A program made the translations under genes and the position numbers. Below the pieces are notes generated by a model. The model saw only the letters and a list, made by a program, of their open reading frames with translations, had not been told where the DNA came from and made no database searches. A stretch of 64,000 nt of DNA from Candidatus Komeilibacteria bacterium (GTDB lineage Bacteria; Patescibacteriota; Patescibacteriia; UBA1558), in NCBI GenBank assembly GCA_048538235.1, contig JBLYPX010000001.1, positions 200,013 to 264,012 on the forward strand, given 5' to 3'. Every line of letters begins with the position of its first letter. Within the stretch, counting starts at the first letter, position 1. Below, one piece after another: positions 1-9,286 of this stretch.

Positions 1-1305
1 GAAGAGGAAGAAGTAGTTTCTACACCAACAGATAGAGATAGGCAAAGATTAGACGATGTTGCTAGTATTCGCTCAGCTTTGGCTTTATACTATCAAGAAA
101 TGAAAGCATATCCAGATATAATAGATGATTTATTAGAAAATTATTTGGATACTATTCCTATTAATCCAAATCCAGGCGGCAATTCATATATCTATGTACC
201 GCAAGATAGTAATCAATCATATAAATTAACCTTTACACTTGAAGAGGGTGGTAAGGTTGGTGCTTTAACCTTGAAAGAGGGTGAGTATCAAGCGAATCCT
301 ACAATGATTGAACCTTTGGTAGAAGTAGATAATGAACAGCAGACAGAAGAAAATCCAGACGCAAATGTAGAACTATTATCAGGATTGGATTCAGATTCTG
401 ACGGTTTAACAGATATTGAAGAAAATCTTTATGGAACAGATTCAACTTTGGTAGATAGTGATGAAGATGGCTATTCAGACGCTAGTGAACTTACAAATCT
501 ATACGATCCAGCTTCAGCTGCTACATTATTAGCAGATACGGAAAAAGTTACTCAATACATCAATACTGAATATAACTATTCAATACTTTATCCAAGTGAA
601 TGGACAGTAAGAGCTTTAACAGAAGATAAGATGGAAGTAATATTTAATTCCAAAACTACTGAGTTTATTCAGATATTAGTGTTAGAAAATCCATTAGGCT
701 TATCTGCTAAGAACTGGTATTTAAGTTACAATAAGGATGCGGATCCAGAAGAACTTAAAGAAGTGGTATTAAATAATATAGTTGGCATTCAAACAGGTAA
801 TGGTCGTTATACATATTTAGCCTTGGGTAGTAATGTTTATTCTATAATATACAATGTTGGTACAACCAATCAGTTAAACTACCAAGCAACTTATGAAATG
901 ATGCTTAATAGTTGGGAATTAATAACCGTAGACGAGAATACGCCTGCAGAAGAGAGAGATGCACAAAGATTAAAAGATATAACAGATATTCGTTTCTCAT
1001 TATTAGATTACCAAGTAACAAATTTAAGCTTCCCAGATTCATTAGATAGTGATGTAGATACCTACCAGATGATTGGAACATCTGCAGGGGATTGTGCTGT
1101 AGCTTGCGATAATATTTCAACTGCAGCTCAATGTGTAGATTTATCTACCATCTTAGTACCAGACTATTTAACAGCTATACCATATGATCCATTAGATGGT
1201 ACAGATGAAAATACAGGGTATTATTTAAATGTATTAACGGATGGAACTTTAATAGCGGGTGTGTGCCAAGCAGAACAGGAGTCTAAGATTGAAATAGATA
1301 ACTAA
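1..1305 (+). CDS. Type IV pilin/pseudopilin-like secreted protein, 5'-partial. It has acidic thrombospondin-type-3-like Ca-binding repeats and a 4-Cys C-terminal region.
   Basis: The frame is open from base 1 with no stop. A GspG-like pilin core is visible: SALALYY...YPD...PINPNPGG..YIYV. Repeats of the form DSDSDGLTD / DSDEDGYSD follow, and the C-terminus carries CAVACD...C...C. Confidence 0.5.
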   Translation, partial: EEEEVVSTPTDRDRQRLDDVASIRSALALYYQEMKAYPDIIDDLLENYLDTIPINPNPGGNSYIYVPQDSNQSYKLTFTLEEGGKVGALTLKEGEYQANPTMIEPLVEVDNEQQTEENPDANVELLSGLDSDSDGLTDIEENLYGTDSTLVDSDEDGYSDASELTNLYDPASAATLLADTEKVTQYINTEYNYSILYPSEWTVRALTEDKMEVIFNSKTTEFIQILVLENPLGLSAKNWYLSYNKDADPEELKEVVLNNIVGIQTGNGRYTYLALGSNVYSIIYNVGTTNQLNYQATYEMMLNSWELITVDENTPAEERDAQRLKDITDIRFSLLDYQVTNLSFPDSLDSDVDTYQMIGTSAGDCAVACDNISTAAQCVDLSTILVPDYLTAIPYDPLDGTDENTGYYLNVLTDGTLIAGVCQAEQESKIEIDN

Positions 1306-1306
1306 T

Positions 1307-1723
1307 ATGATAGGTAATGTAAGTTTTGTATATACAGAAAAACTAGATAAGAAGCTATTATCTTCTTTACAATCAGCAGCTAAAATTGCTGTTAAGAAAT
1401 TAAAGCTTTCAAAAATAGATATTAGTGTAATTTTTGTTACCGAAGCTAAGATTAAACAGCTAAATAAATTGTATAGAAAAAAGGATAAGATTACAGATGT
1501 TTTATCTTTTTTTTATGGCAATGAAGGTGAAATATTTATCTGTCTAAAACAAGCAAGAAGACAAGCTAAAGAAAATAATGTAAGCATTGAATCTGAGCTT
1601 GTTAAATTAACAATACATGGGCTAGCACATATAGCTGGTCATGATCATGAAAAAGAAGAAGATTATATTAAAATGAATAAAGTAGAAATAGAAATCAATG
1701 ATTTATTTCAAAAAAACAATTAG
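1307..1723 (+). CDS. ybeY: rRNA maturation endoribonuclease YbeY
   Basis: The H-x-x-x-H...H zinc motif is present as HGLAHIAGHDHE. The size of about 138 aa fits, and dgkA follows as in the conserved ybeY-dgkA arrangement. Confidence 0.8.
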   Translation: MIGNVSFVYTEKLDKKLLSSLQSAAKIAVKKLKLSKIDISVIFVTEAKIKQLNKLYRKKDKITDVLSFFYGNEGEIFICLKQARRQAKENNVSIESELVKLTIHGLAHIAGHDHEKEEDYIKMNKVEIEINDLFQKNN

Positions 1724-2063
1724 AAGTATTAATAGAGCCTGGCACGGACTTATTAAAGTTTGGCAAGATGAACAGAATTTTAGAATAGAACTATTTATAT
1801 CTGTTATAGTAGTTGCTTTGATGTTCTATTTACACATAACATTAAAAGAAGCGGTTATATTAATACTTGTCATATTTACAGTCTTAATATTAGAAATCAT
1901 AAATACTGTAATGGAAAGAATGGCAGACATTCTTAAACCAAAAATTCATCACTATGTTGCTGTTTTAAAAGATATGATGGCAGCAGCAGTATTACTGGCA
2001 AGCATTGCAGCAATAATAATTGGAGTTTTAATTTTCTACCCATATATAGTTGGTAGTATCTAG
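1698..2063 (+). CDS. dgkA: Diacylglycerol/undecaprenol kinase (DgkA family)
   Basis: Three TM helices and the motif EIINTVMERMADI...KDMMAAAVLL, typical of DgkA. It overlaps the ybeY stop by 26 nt. Confidence 0.75.
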   Translation: MIYFKKTIRSINRAWHGLIKVWQDEQNFRIELFISVIVVALMFYLHITLKEAVILILVIFTVLILEIINTVMERMADILKPKIHHYVAVLKDMMAAAVLLASIAAIIIGVLIFYPYIVGSI

Positions 2064-2108
2064 TATTTTTAGTATAATAAACATATTAATAAAGTTTTTT
2101 AGGAGGTC

Positions 2109-4319
2109 ATGGCTTTGATGCAATCATTACCGTTATTATCAGCAATCTTTGTTATAGGATTGGGTTTTTTTATTTTGTTTAAAAATATTAAATCTCGTTT
2201 AAATATTATATTTTTCTTTTTAGCAGTTACTGTTTCTATTTGGTTACTTGGTACATATAAACTATTCATTAGCATAACAGAACCAGAAATAATACTTTGG
2301 GATAAATTCATATACATTGGCATTTGTATGATGCCTGCTTTGTTTTATCATTTCTCAGTACTGTTTACTAAAAATAATAAGTCAGGACAATCAATATTAT
2401 TACCATATATTATTGGATTGTTTTTTATCATCATGCTCAAAACACAATATTTTGTAGCAGATGTTTTCTACTATGATTGGGGAGCTCATACTAAAGCTCA
2501 ACTATTTCACCATTTGTTTGTAATATATTATGGCTTATTCATAATTTTACTCTTTAATGATTTATACAAATACTATAATAAAACCAAATCTGGTTTAGCT
2601 AGAGCTCAGTCTAGATATATTCTTTTTGCTTTTGCAATACTTTCGATATTTGGCATAACAGGTTTTTTACCAGCCTACAGTATTTCTTTTTATCCAATTG
2701 CTTACCTTGGTGGTTTAATCTTTATGGTAGTACTTGCCTATGCAATTATTCGCCACAGATTTATGGACCACAGATTAATGATACAAAGAAGTCTAGTTAA
2801 TATATTTGCTTTTTTAGTAGCTATTGGTTTAAGTAGATTCGTATTCAATATTTTTAGTTGGAATTTTCCTAGAATAGATAATTGGGAGATTTTAGGCTTA
2901 CTAGTGGGTTTGTTAACAATACAACCATTACGTAATCTATTCTCAAGTATTGCCAATAGATACTTTTTTACAGACATGTATGATTACCAAGCTGTTTTAA
3001 GAGATTTAAGTCATCATTTAACTTCAATTATTAATTTAGAAGATATTGTAGATTCAATCATTAATACTGTTAATGATTCTTTCCGTTTAGAAAGCTCGGG
3101 ACTCATTATTTGTGAAGATATTAATAATACACCCAGCTGTGATGTTATGATGGCCTATGGTGTTAAAGTTAATGAAATTGAAGATATTGTTAAGAATAAT
3201 TATTTACTTAAATATTTAGCTTTATCTAGGGCTCCATTATTAGCGGATGAAATACCAATAATTACTAAGTCTATTCTAGATACTAGTACTGTTAATAGCC
3301 TTAAAAAGGCTCAAGAAGCTATGAATAAGAGTAATATAGCAATGTTAACACCACTTGTTAAAGAAGATAGCTTAATAGGTATTATTGCCCTGGGTAGTAA
3401 ATTATCTAAAGAAAGTTATTCAAGTGAAGATTTGGAATTAATAGATATACTTGCTAATCAAGCATCAGTGGCAATAGATAATGCACAGCTGTATGAACAA
3501 GTTAAACAATTTAACACCAAGCTTAAGAAAAAGGTTAGAGAGGCTACCACAGATCTGCAAAATACAAATAAGAAATTAACTTATGCGAACGATAATCTGC
3601 AACAATTAGATAGAGCTAAGTCAGAGTTTTTATCTATTGCTTCTCATCAATTAAGAACGCCACTGTCTGGTATTAAAGGATACCTATCTATGCTTATGGA
3701 AGGGGACTTTGGTAGACTTCCTAAAGATGCTCAAGCTGTTATTAAAGATCTATTCTCTAATGCAGATAGAATGTCTAGACTTATTAATACCTTCTTAAAT
3801 ATTTCTAGAATAGAAGCTAATAGATTAGTTATTGCTAAGAAACAGGTAGATATAATAGACTTGGTTAAATCTACAGCTAGAGATTTTGACATGACAGCTA
3901 AGAAGAAGAATTTGAAATATACATATAATTTGCCAAAGAAAAAAATAATGGTATCTGCTGATGGAGATAAGATTAGAGATGTGGTTGGTAATTTTATAGA
4001 CAACTCCATTAAATATACTCAAAAAGGTTTTGTAAAAGTTTCTATTGAAACATCACCTAAACAAGTAAAGATATTTGTTGAAGATTCAGGTATGGGTATT
4101 TCAAAGAAAGATATAGATAAATTATTTGAAAAGTTTGCTAGAGGAACAGATATTACTAAAGTAGATACTAATGGTTCAGGTTTGGGATTATATATTGCTA
4201 AGAAAATTATTGAAGCTCATGATGGTGTAACCTTTGTTTCTTCACCAGGTAAAAATAAAGGTAGTAAGTTTGGTTTTTCATTACCATTACCTGATAAAAA
4301 GAAATCTAAGAAAAAATAG
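2109..4319 (+). CDS. Multi-pass membrane sensor histidine kinase (N-terminal polytopic domain, GAF-like region, HisKA, HATPase_c). No cognate response regulator is in the window.
   Basis: H-box SHQLRTPLSGIKGYLSML. N/G boxes NFIDNSIKYT and GSGLGLYIAKKIIEAHDG. About eight N-terminal TM helices. AGGAGG lies 2 nt upstream of ATG 2109, so the true start may be ATG 2118. Confidence 0.85.
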   Translation: MALMQSLPLLSAIFVIGLGFFILFKNIKSRLNIIFFFLAVTVSIWLLGTYKLFISITEPEIILWDKFIYIGICMMPALFYHFSVLFTKNNKSGQSILLPYIIGLFFIIMLKTQYFVADVFYYDWGAHTKAQLFHHLFVIYYGLFIILLFNDLYKYYNKTKSGLARAQSRYILFAFAILSIFGITGFLPAYSISFYPIAYLGGLIFMVVLAYAIIRHRFMDHRLMIQRSLVNIFAFLVAIGLSRFVFNIFSWNFPRIDNWEILGLLVGLLTIQPLRNLFSSIANRYFFTDMYDYQAVLRDLSHHLTSIINLEDIVDSIINTVNDSFRLESSGLIICEDINNTPSCDVMMAYGVKVNEIEDIVKNNYLLKYLALSRAPLLADEIPIITKSILDTSTVNSLKKAQEAMNKSNIAMLTPLVKEDSLIGIIALGSKLSKESYSSEDLELIDILANQASVAIDNAQLYEQVKQFNTKLKKKVREATTDLQNTNKKLTYANDNLQQLDRAKSEFLSIASHQLRTPLSGIKGYLSMLMEGDFGRLPKDAQAVIKDLFSNADRMSRLINTFLNISRIEANRLVIAKKQVDIIDLVKSTARDFDMTAKKKNLKYTYNLPKKKIMVSADGDKIRDVVGNFIDNSIKYTQKGFVKVSIETSPKQVKIFVEDSGMGISKKDIDKLFEKFARGTDITKVDTNGSGLGLYIAKKIIEAHDGVTFVSSPGKNKGSKFGFSLPLPDKKKSKKK

Positions 4320-4331
4320 TGTTATTAAATA

Positions 4332-4358
4332 AAAACAGCCTGTATAGGCTGTTTTGTT
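4332..4358 (+). terminator. Rho-independent terminator downstream of the histidine kinase
   Basis: Hairpin AACAGCCtgtatAGGCTGTT followed by TTGTT. Confidence 0.65.
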
Positions 4359-4359
4359 A

Positions 4360-4388
4360 TTGACAAAATAGCAGAAATAGTGTACATT
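4360..4388 (+). promoter_or_regulatory. Sigma70-like promoter (TTGACA, 17 nt spacer, TACATT) for the small ORF at 4455
   Basis: Read directly from the sequence; AAGGAGG RBS at 4443-4449. Confidence 0.5.
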
Positions 4389-4454
4389 ACTATATTCCTA
4401 AAAAGTATAGGGATTCCAGTTATGGATGAATAGCACATTCAAAAGGAGGTCCAA

Positions 4455-4658
4455 ATGGACGAAAAGAGAAAAGGGGAAATTGCACTCGCATTGATAAAAA
4501 TGAGAGTAAAGGACAAAGGCCCCAGGCTTAATCATGCAGAGATGAAACGTGAGTTTGGTAATTATGCCAAAGATCTCAACATTCCAATCAATGAATTGTT
4601 TGAATTTTTTGAAATCATCATTCGAGAATTGGTTGATGAAGCCTTTGTGAAGGATTAA
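4455..4658 (+). CDS. Hypothetical small protein (67 aa)
   Basis: Strong SD AAAGGAGG 6 nt upstream. GC is elevated relative to the flanks. No recognisable motif. Confidence 0.5.
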   Translation: MDEKRKGEIALALIKMRVKDKGPRLNHAEMKREFGNYAKDLNIPINELFEFFEIIIRELVDEAFVKD

Positions 4659-4659
4659 T

Positions 4660-4775
4660 CCTTTGCTAATTTCAAGGTGATAAGGTGAGACTAAGTCTCC
4701 TAAACGGGTAATTGCACCTTCCTTCTAATAGAAGGCGATTGGGCAGAATAAGAACCGCTCCTCTCATCTTGATCT
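4660..4775 (+). ncRNA. Candidate structured RNA or 3'UTR element. It is GC-rich with several nested hairpins and ends at the terminator 4776-4804.
   Basis: An AAGGTG...CACCTT long-range stem encloses the hairpins GAGACtaaGTCTC and CCTTCTaatAGAAGG. Local GC is well above the intergenic background. Confidence 0.3.
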
Positions 4776-4804
4776 AGCCCTACGTGAAAACGTAGGGCTT
4801 TTAA
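4776..4804 (+). terminator. Rho-independent terminator
   Basis: AGCCCTACGtgaaaaCGTAGGGCT followed by TTTTAATTT. Confidence 0.7.
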
Positions 4805-4847
4805 TTTCCAAATAGCTAAATAACCTAATTTCTGCTAAAATACTGGT

Positions 4848-7820
4848 ATGGAAATCAAACTAAATCAAGAGCAAAAAGCAGCTGTAGAGCACGATAAAGG
4901 CCCTCTTTTAATAGTAGCTGGTGCTGGAACAGGTAAAACAGCAGTTATTACTGAAAGAATAAGCCATCTATTATCTACTCAGAAATTAAAACCAGATAAT
5001 ATATTAGCTTTAACATTTACAGAAAAGGCTGCTGAAGAAATGGAGGTTAGGGTAGATAAAACATTGCCATATGGTTATGTAGATCTTTGGATTTCTACCT
5101 TTCATTCTTTTTGTCAAAAGATTTTACAAACTCATGGTTTAGATATTGGCCTTCCTAATGATTTTAAGGTTTTAACTCAAACAGATGCTTGGCTACTGGT
5201 TAGAGATCATTTAGAAGAATTTGAGCTAGACTATTACAAACCATTGGGTAATCCAACTAGATTTATCCATGCTTTAATACAACATTTTGGTAGAGCTAAA
5301 GATGAAGTTGTTTATCCTCAAGATTATTTAAATTATGCAGAGAAGCTGCAATTAGATTTAGATTCTACTGGTATTAAAACAAAGAAGGTAAAAGATGAAG
5401 ATAGAGCAGATTTAGAAACAGAGATGGTAAGAGCTAAAGAAGTTGCTGAAGCTTACCATAAATACCAACAATTGTTATTAGATAATAATGCTTTAGATTT
5501 TGGAGATTTGATAAATTATACTTTAAGACTATTTCAAGAAAGGCCAAATATTTTAAAGAAGTATAGGGAACAGTTTAAATATATTTTAGTAGATGAGTTT
5601 CAAGATACTAACTATGCACAGTATGAGTTAATTAAATTATTAGCAGCGCCTGCTAATAATATTACAGTAGTGGGTGATGATGATCAGTCTATATATAAAT
5701 TTAGGGGAGCCAGTATTTCCAATATTTTAGAGTTTAAAAAAGACTATCCTAAGTCTAAAGAAGTATATTTGAATAAGAATTACCGTTCAGGACAAAAGAT
5801 ATTAGACGTATCATATAATTTTATACAATTAAATAATCCTAATAGATTAGAAGTAAAATTAGCAACGGGTAAGGGTAAGAAATTATCTAAGAAGCTAACC
5901 TCTCAAATTAAAGATAAAGGTGAGATAGAAGCTTTTGTAGGAAATAGTTTAACAGAAGAAGTTGCGTGGGTGGTGAATAAAATAGGGAGTGTTTTTAAAG
6001 CAGAAGCAGATACTAATTGGAGTGACTTTGCTATTTTAGTTAGAGCTAATGATAGTGCTAAGCCTTTTCAAGAGGCTTTGCAGGCTGCTAATATTCCAAA
6101 TTATTTCTTAGCTTCTTATGGGCTATACAATAAAGCGGTGGTTAGAGATATTGTAGCTTTCTTAAAATTATTAGACGATTACCATGAATCACCAGCATTA
6201 TGGAGAATTTTAAGTTTATCTTTCTTAGAAATACCAGATAAAGATTTAATTAAATTATCTCATTGGGCTAGTCGTAAACGCTGGTCTTTATATGAAGCTC
6301 TATTACAAGTAGGCGTCGGTATTAAGTTTTCTGAACCAACAGTTAAGAAATTTAAACAGGTTGCAGATTTAATAGGTAAATATACAGCTCTAGCTAGGGA
6401 TAAGAATGTTTGGGATGTTATATATAATTGGTTAACAGATAGTGGTTATTTAAAGTATTTAGATAAATTAAATGAATATGATAGACAAGAACAGTTTAAT
6501 TATTTAAATAGTTTCTATAAAAAAGTAAAAAGCTTTGAGAATAAAACAGATGATCCAAGTGTTAAGAATTTCATAACAGAGTTTAATTATGAGATAGATT
6601 CAGGAGAAAAGGGAGCTATTTCTTTTGACAGTAGTACAGGTCCAGACACTGTTAAATTAATGACAGTTCATAGTGCTAAGGGATTAGAATTTAAATATGT
6701 CTTTGTTGTTAATATGGTTGAACAAAGATTCCCAACTATTAATAGAAGTGATGCTATTGCTTTGCCAGATGAGTTGGTTAAAGAAATAATTCCTGAAGGG
6801 GATGTACATATTGAAGAAGAGAGAAGACTATTTTACGTAGCTGTTACTAGGGCTAAGAAAGGGTTATTCTTAACAGCTGGTGAAGATTATGGTGGTGCAA
6901 GAAAGAAAAAACCATCACGCTTTTTAGATGAGATAGATTATACCAAGTATATGGCAAAGGCTAAGACTGTTTCTTCTAAAGATAAATTAAAAGAAGGTGA
7001 GGTTAAAAAGGTTAAAGATGCTAAAGATATAGATTACTTAGCAATGCTACCTAATTATTTTTCATTCTCACAGTTAAAAGCATTCGAAACCTGTCCGTGG
7101 CAGTACTATTACCAATATATATTAAAAGTTCCGGTTAGAGGTAATCATGTATTTAGTTATGGTAAGTCTATGCACAGTGCCTTGCAAAAGTTTTATGAAC
7201 TAGTACAGCAAAGGTCTGGCTCTGAGCAAGCAGATTTATTTGCTAAAAAAGCTAAGCCTACTAAAGGACCAATTGTTTCTTTAAAGGAACTACTAGAGCT
7301 TTATGAAGAAAGTTGGATAGATGATTGGTATGATAGTAAAAAGCATATGGCAGAGAGAAAAGCTTTTGGTAAAAAACAATTAACAGAATATTATAATATT
7401 ATTAAAGATAAGATACCTGTTCCAATTGCTTTGGAAAAGAGTTTTTATTTAAAGATAAAAGATTATACTGTTAGGGGATTTATTGACCGTATAGATGAAT
7501 TACCAGATGGTAGTATAGAAATAATAGATTACAAGACGGGTAAGACTAAAGATAAGCTGACAGCTGAAGATAAAGAACAGTTGCTTATATACCAAATTGC
7601 TGGTGAAGAAGTATTAGGTAAAAAGGTTGGTAAATTAACTTTCCATTATTTAGATACAAATAAAACAACATCGTTTATTGGTACAAAAGAAGAGCTTAAA
7701 AAGACTAAAGTAAAAATCGTAGATTTAATTAAAAAGCTTGAGAATACAGACTGGGCGGCAACACCAGGATTTCAATGTCAGTACTGTAATTTTAAAGATA
7801 TTTGTGACTTTAAACAATAA
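4848..7820 (+). CDS. UvrD/PcrA-type superfamily-1 helicase fused to a C-terminal PD-(D/E)XK (RecB/Cas4-like) nuclease domain with a 4-Cys cluster
   Basis: Walker A GAGTGKT. UvrD motifs VDEFQDTN and TVHSAKGLEF. The C-terminus has CPWQYYYQY, a (G)FIDRID...EIIDYKTGK nuclease core, and C-x2-C-x5-C. Confidence 0.85.
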   Translation: MEIKLNQEQKAAVEHDKGPLLIVAGAGTGKTAVITERISHLLSTQKLKPDNILALTFTEKAAEEMEVRVDKTLPYGYVDLWISTFHSFCQKILQTHGLDIGLPNDFKVLTQTDAWLLVRDHLEEFELDYYKPLGNPTRFIHALIQHFGRAKDEVVYPQDYLNYAEKLQLDLDSTGIKTKKVKDEDRADLETEMVRAKEVAEAYHKYQQLLLDNNALDFGDLINYTLRLFQERPNILKKYREQFKYILVDEFQDTNYAQYELIKLLAAPANNITVVGDDDQSIYKFRGASISNILEFKKDYPKSKEVYLNKNYRSGQKILDVSYNFIQLNNPNRLEVKLATGKGKKLSKKLTSQIKDKGEIEAFVGNSLTEEVAWVVNKIGSVFKAEADTNWSDFAILVRANDSAKPFQEALQAANIPNYFLASYGLYNKAVVRDIVAFLKLLDDYHESPALWRILSLSFLEIPDKDLIKLSHWASRKRWSLYEALLQVGVGIKFSEPTVKKFKQVADLIGKYTALARDKNVWDVIYNWLTDSGYLKYLDKLNEYDRQEQFNYLNSFYKKVKSFENKTDDPSVKNFITEFNYEIDSGEKGAISFDSSTGPDTVKLMTVHSAKGLEFKYVFVVNMVEQRFPTINRSDAIALPDELVKEIIPEGDVHIEEERRLFYVAVTRAKKGLFLTAGEDYGGARKKKPSRFLDEIDYTKYMAKAKTVSSKDKLKEGEVKKVKDAKDIDYLAMLPNYFSFSQLKAFETCPWQYYYQYILKVPVRGNHVFSYGKSMHSALQKFYELVQQRSGSEQADLFAKKAKPTKGPIVSLKELLELYEESWIDDWYDSKKHMAERKAFGKKQLTEYYNIIKDKIPVPIALEKSFYLKIKDYTVRGFIDRIDELPDGSIEIIDYKTGKTKDKLTAEDKEQLLIYQIAGEEVLGKKVGKLTFHYLDTNKTTSFIGTKEELKKTKVKIVDLIKKLENTDWAATPGFQCQYCNFKDICDFKQ

Positions 7821-7831
7821 TTTTAAATATT

Positions 7832-7860
7832 TGTTAGAATAGATAAAATATTGTATAATA
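7832..7860 (+). promoter_or_regulatory. Sigma70-like promoter (TTGTTA, 17 nt spacer, TATAAT)
   Basis: Read directly upstream of ORF 7886. Confidence 0.45.
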
Positions 7861-7885
7861 AGCATACTTTTAGTGTATTTATATA

Positions 7886-8269
7886 ATGACAACGAGAAAA
7901 TATTTAGTATATTTAAGTTTAATAACAGTTATTGCTTGGATTTTGTGGGTGATGGTGGTAAAGTATATTGACCCCACTACTGGTTCAACGCTTGCTCTGT
8001 TATTATTTTATTTATCTCTGTTTTTCAGTTTAGCTGGTAGTTTTACAATAATAGGGTATTTCTTAAGAATGTTAACAGCTGGCAATGAGATTACTAGGCA
8101 TAGATTAAGTATATCTGGACGTCAGGGAATACTATTTTCTATTCTGGTAATTATTTCCCTAATTTTAAAAGCCGCTGGTCAGCTTAATTGGTTAACAGTA
8201 GTAATTACAATATTAATATTATCCTTAATTGAATTTTTGTTCTTATCTTTATCTGGTAAACAAGAATAA
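7886..8269 (+). CDS. Hypothetical membrane protein (4 TM)
   Basis: Hydrophobic helices; no motif. Confidence 0.5.
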   Translation: MTTRKYLVYLSLITVIAWILWVMVVKYIDPTTGSTLALLLFYLSLFFSLAGSFTIIGYFLRMLTAGNEITRHRLSISGRQGILFSILVIISLILKAAGQLNWLTVVITILILSLIEFLFLSLSGKQE

Positions 8270-8274
8270 AATAT

Positions 8275-9285
8275 ATGCTTGATGATTTAAAAAAAATTAA
8301 AACAAGAGCTTTAAAAGAGTTCAATAATATTAAAAACAGTGAAGAACTGGAAGAGCTTAAGGTTAAATACTTAGGACGTAATGGTGAACTAACAAAGCTT
8401 TTAAAGAATTTAAAAGATATTGCTGAAGAAGAAAAGCCTAAGGTGGGAAAGATAGCTAATGAAATTAAAGAAAGTTTAGGATCTGCATTAAATAAAGTGG
8501 CAGATAATTTTGACGATTCTAGTGGTAGTGGAGAAGAGTTTTCTAATTTAACCTTGCCTGGTATTCAAAAGGGGAAAGGAAGCCTTCATCCTAATACTTT
8601 AATGCAAAATGAATTAGAGCAAATTTTTACTGCTATGGGCTTTAAAGTTATTGAAGGTCCAGATATTGAGTCAGAGTATTTTAATTTTACAGCTTTGAAT
8701 ATTCCAGAAGATCATCCAGCTAGAGATACACAAGATACTTTTTGGCTTTCTGATGGTAATTTATTAAAAACACACACCTCTCCAATGCAAGTCAGAGCAA
8801 TGAGAAAATATGGCGCACCCTTAAGAGCTGTATTTCCTGGTAGATGTTTTAGATTTGAAGCTACTGATGCTTCTCACGATTCAACCTTTTACCAATTAGA
8901 GGGTTTGATGATAGATAAAGATATATCTATTGCTAATGTTATTGCTGTTATGAAAGAGCTTTTACGAGCTGTGTTTAATAAAGAAGTTAAGGTTAGACAA
9001 AGACCTGGGTATTTTCCTTTTGTAGAACCTGGTTTTGAATTAGATATTAATTGTTTAATTTGTGAAGGTGACGGTTGTTCTGTTTGTAAACAGTCTGGAT
9101 GGCTTGAACTATTACCATGCGGTCTTGTTCACCCTAATGTAATTAAAGCCGGCGGTCTTGATCCTAAAGAGTATAGCGGTTTTGCCTTTGGTTTAGGCCT
9201 AACAAGGCTTGTTATGATGAAATATGGCATAGATGACATTAGACTGCTACAAGGCGGAGATTTAAGGTTTTTAAAGCAATTCTAG
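8275..9285 (+). CDS. pheS: Phenylalanine--tRNA ligase alpha subunit
   Basis: Class II motifs FRFEATDASHDSTFYQLEGL and GFAFGLGLTRL. Confidence 0.95.
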   Translation: MLDDLKKIKTRALKEFNNIKNSEELEELKVKYLGRNGELTKLLKNLKDIAEEEKPKVGKIANEIKESLGSALNKVADNFDDSSGSGEEFSNLTLPGIQKGKGSLHPNTLMQNELEQIFTAMGFKVIEGPDIESEYFNFTALNIPEDHPARDTQDTFWLSDGNLLKTHTSPMQVRAMRKYGAPLRAVFPGRCFRFEATDASHDSTFYQLEGLMIDKDISIANVIAVMKELLRAVFNKEVKVRQRPGYFPFVEPGFELDINCLICEGDGCSVCKQSGWLELLPCGLVHPNVIKAGGLDPKEYSGFAFGLGLTRLVMMKYGIDDIRLLQGGDLRFLKQF

Positions 9286-9286
9286 T

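Noticed and set aside
905-1120. Antisense ORFs of 60-176 aa inside known genes (for example 905-1120-, 20586-21014-, 60867-61397-, 38435-38803-)
   Set aside because: They sit fully inside well-supported genes on the opposite strand. Their composition is low-complexity and they have no RBS or promoter. They are treated as chance ORFs.
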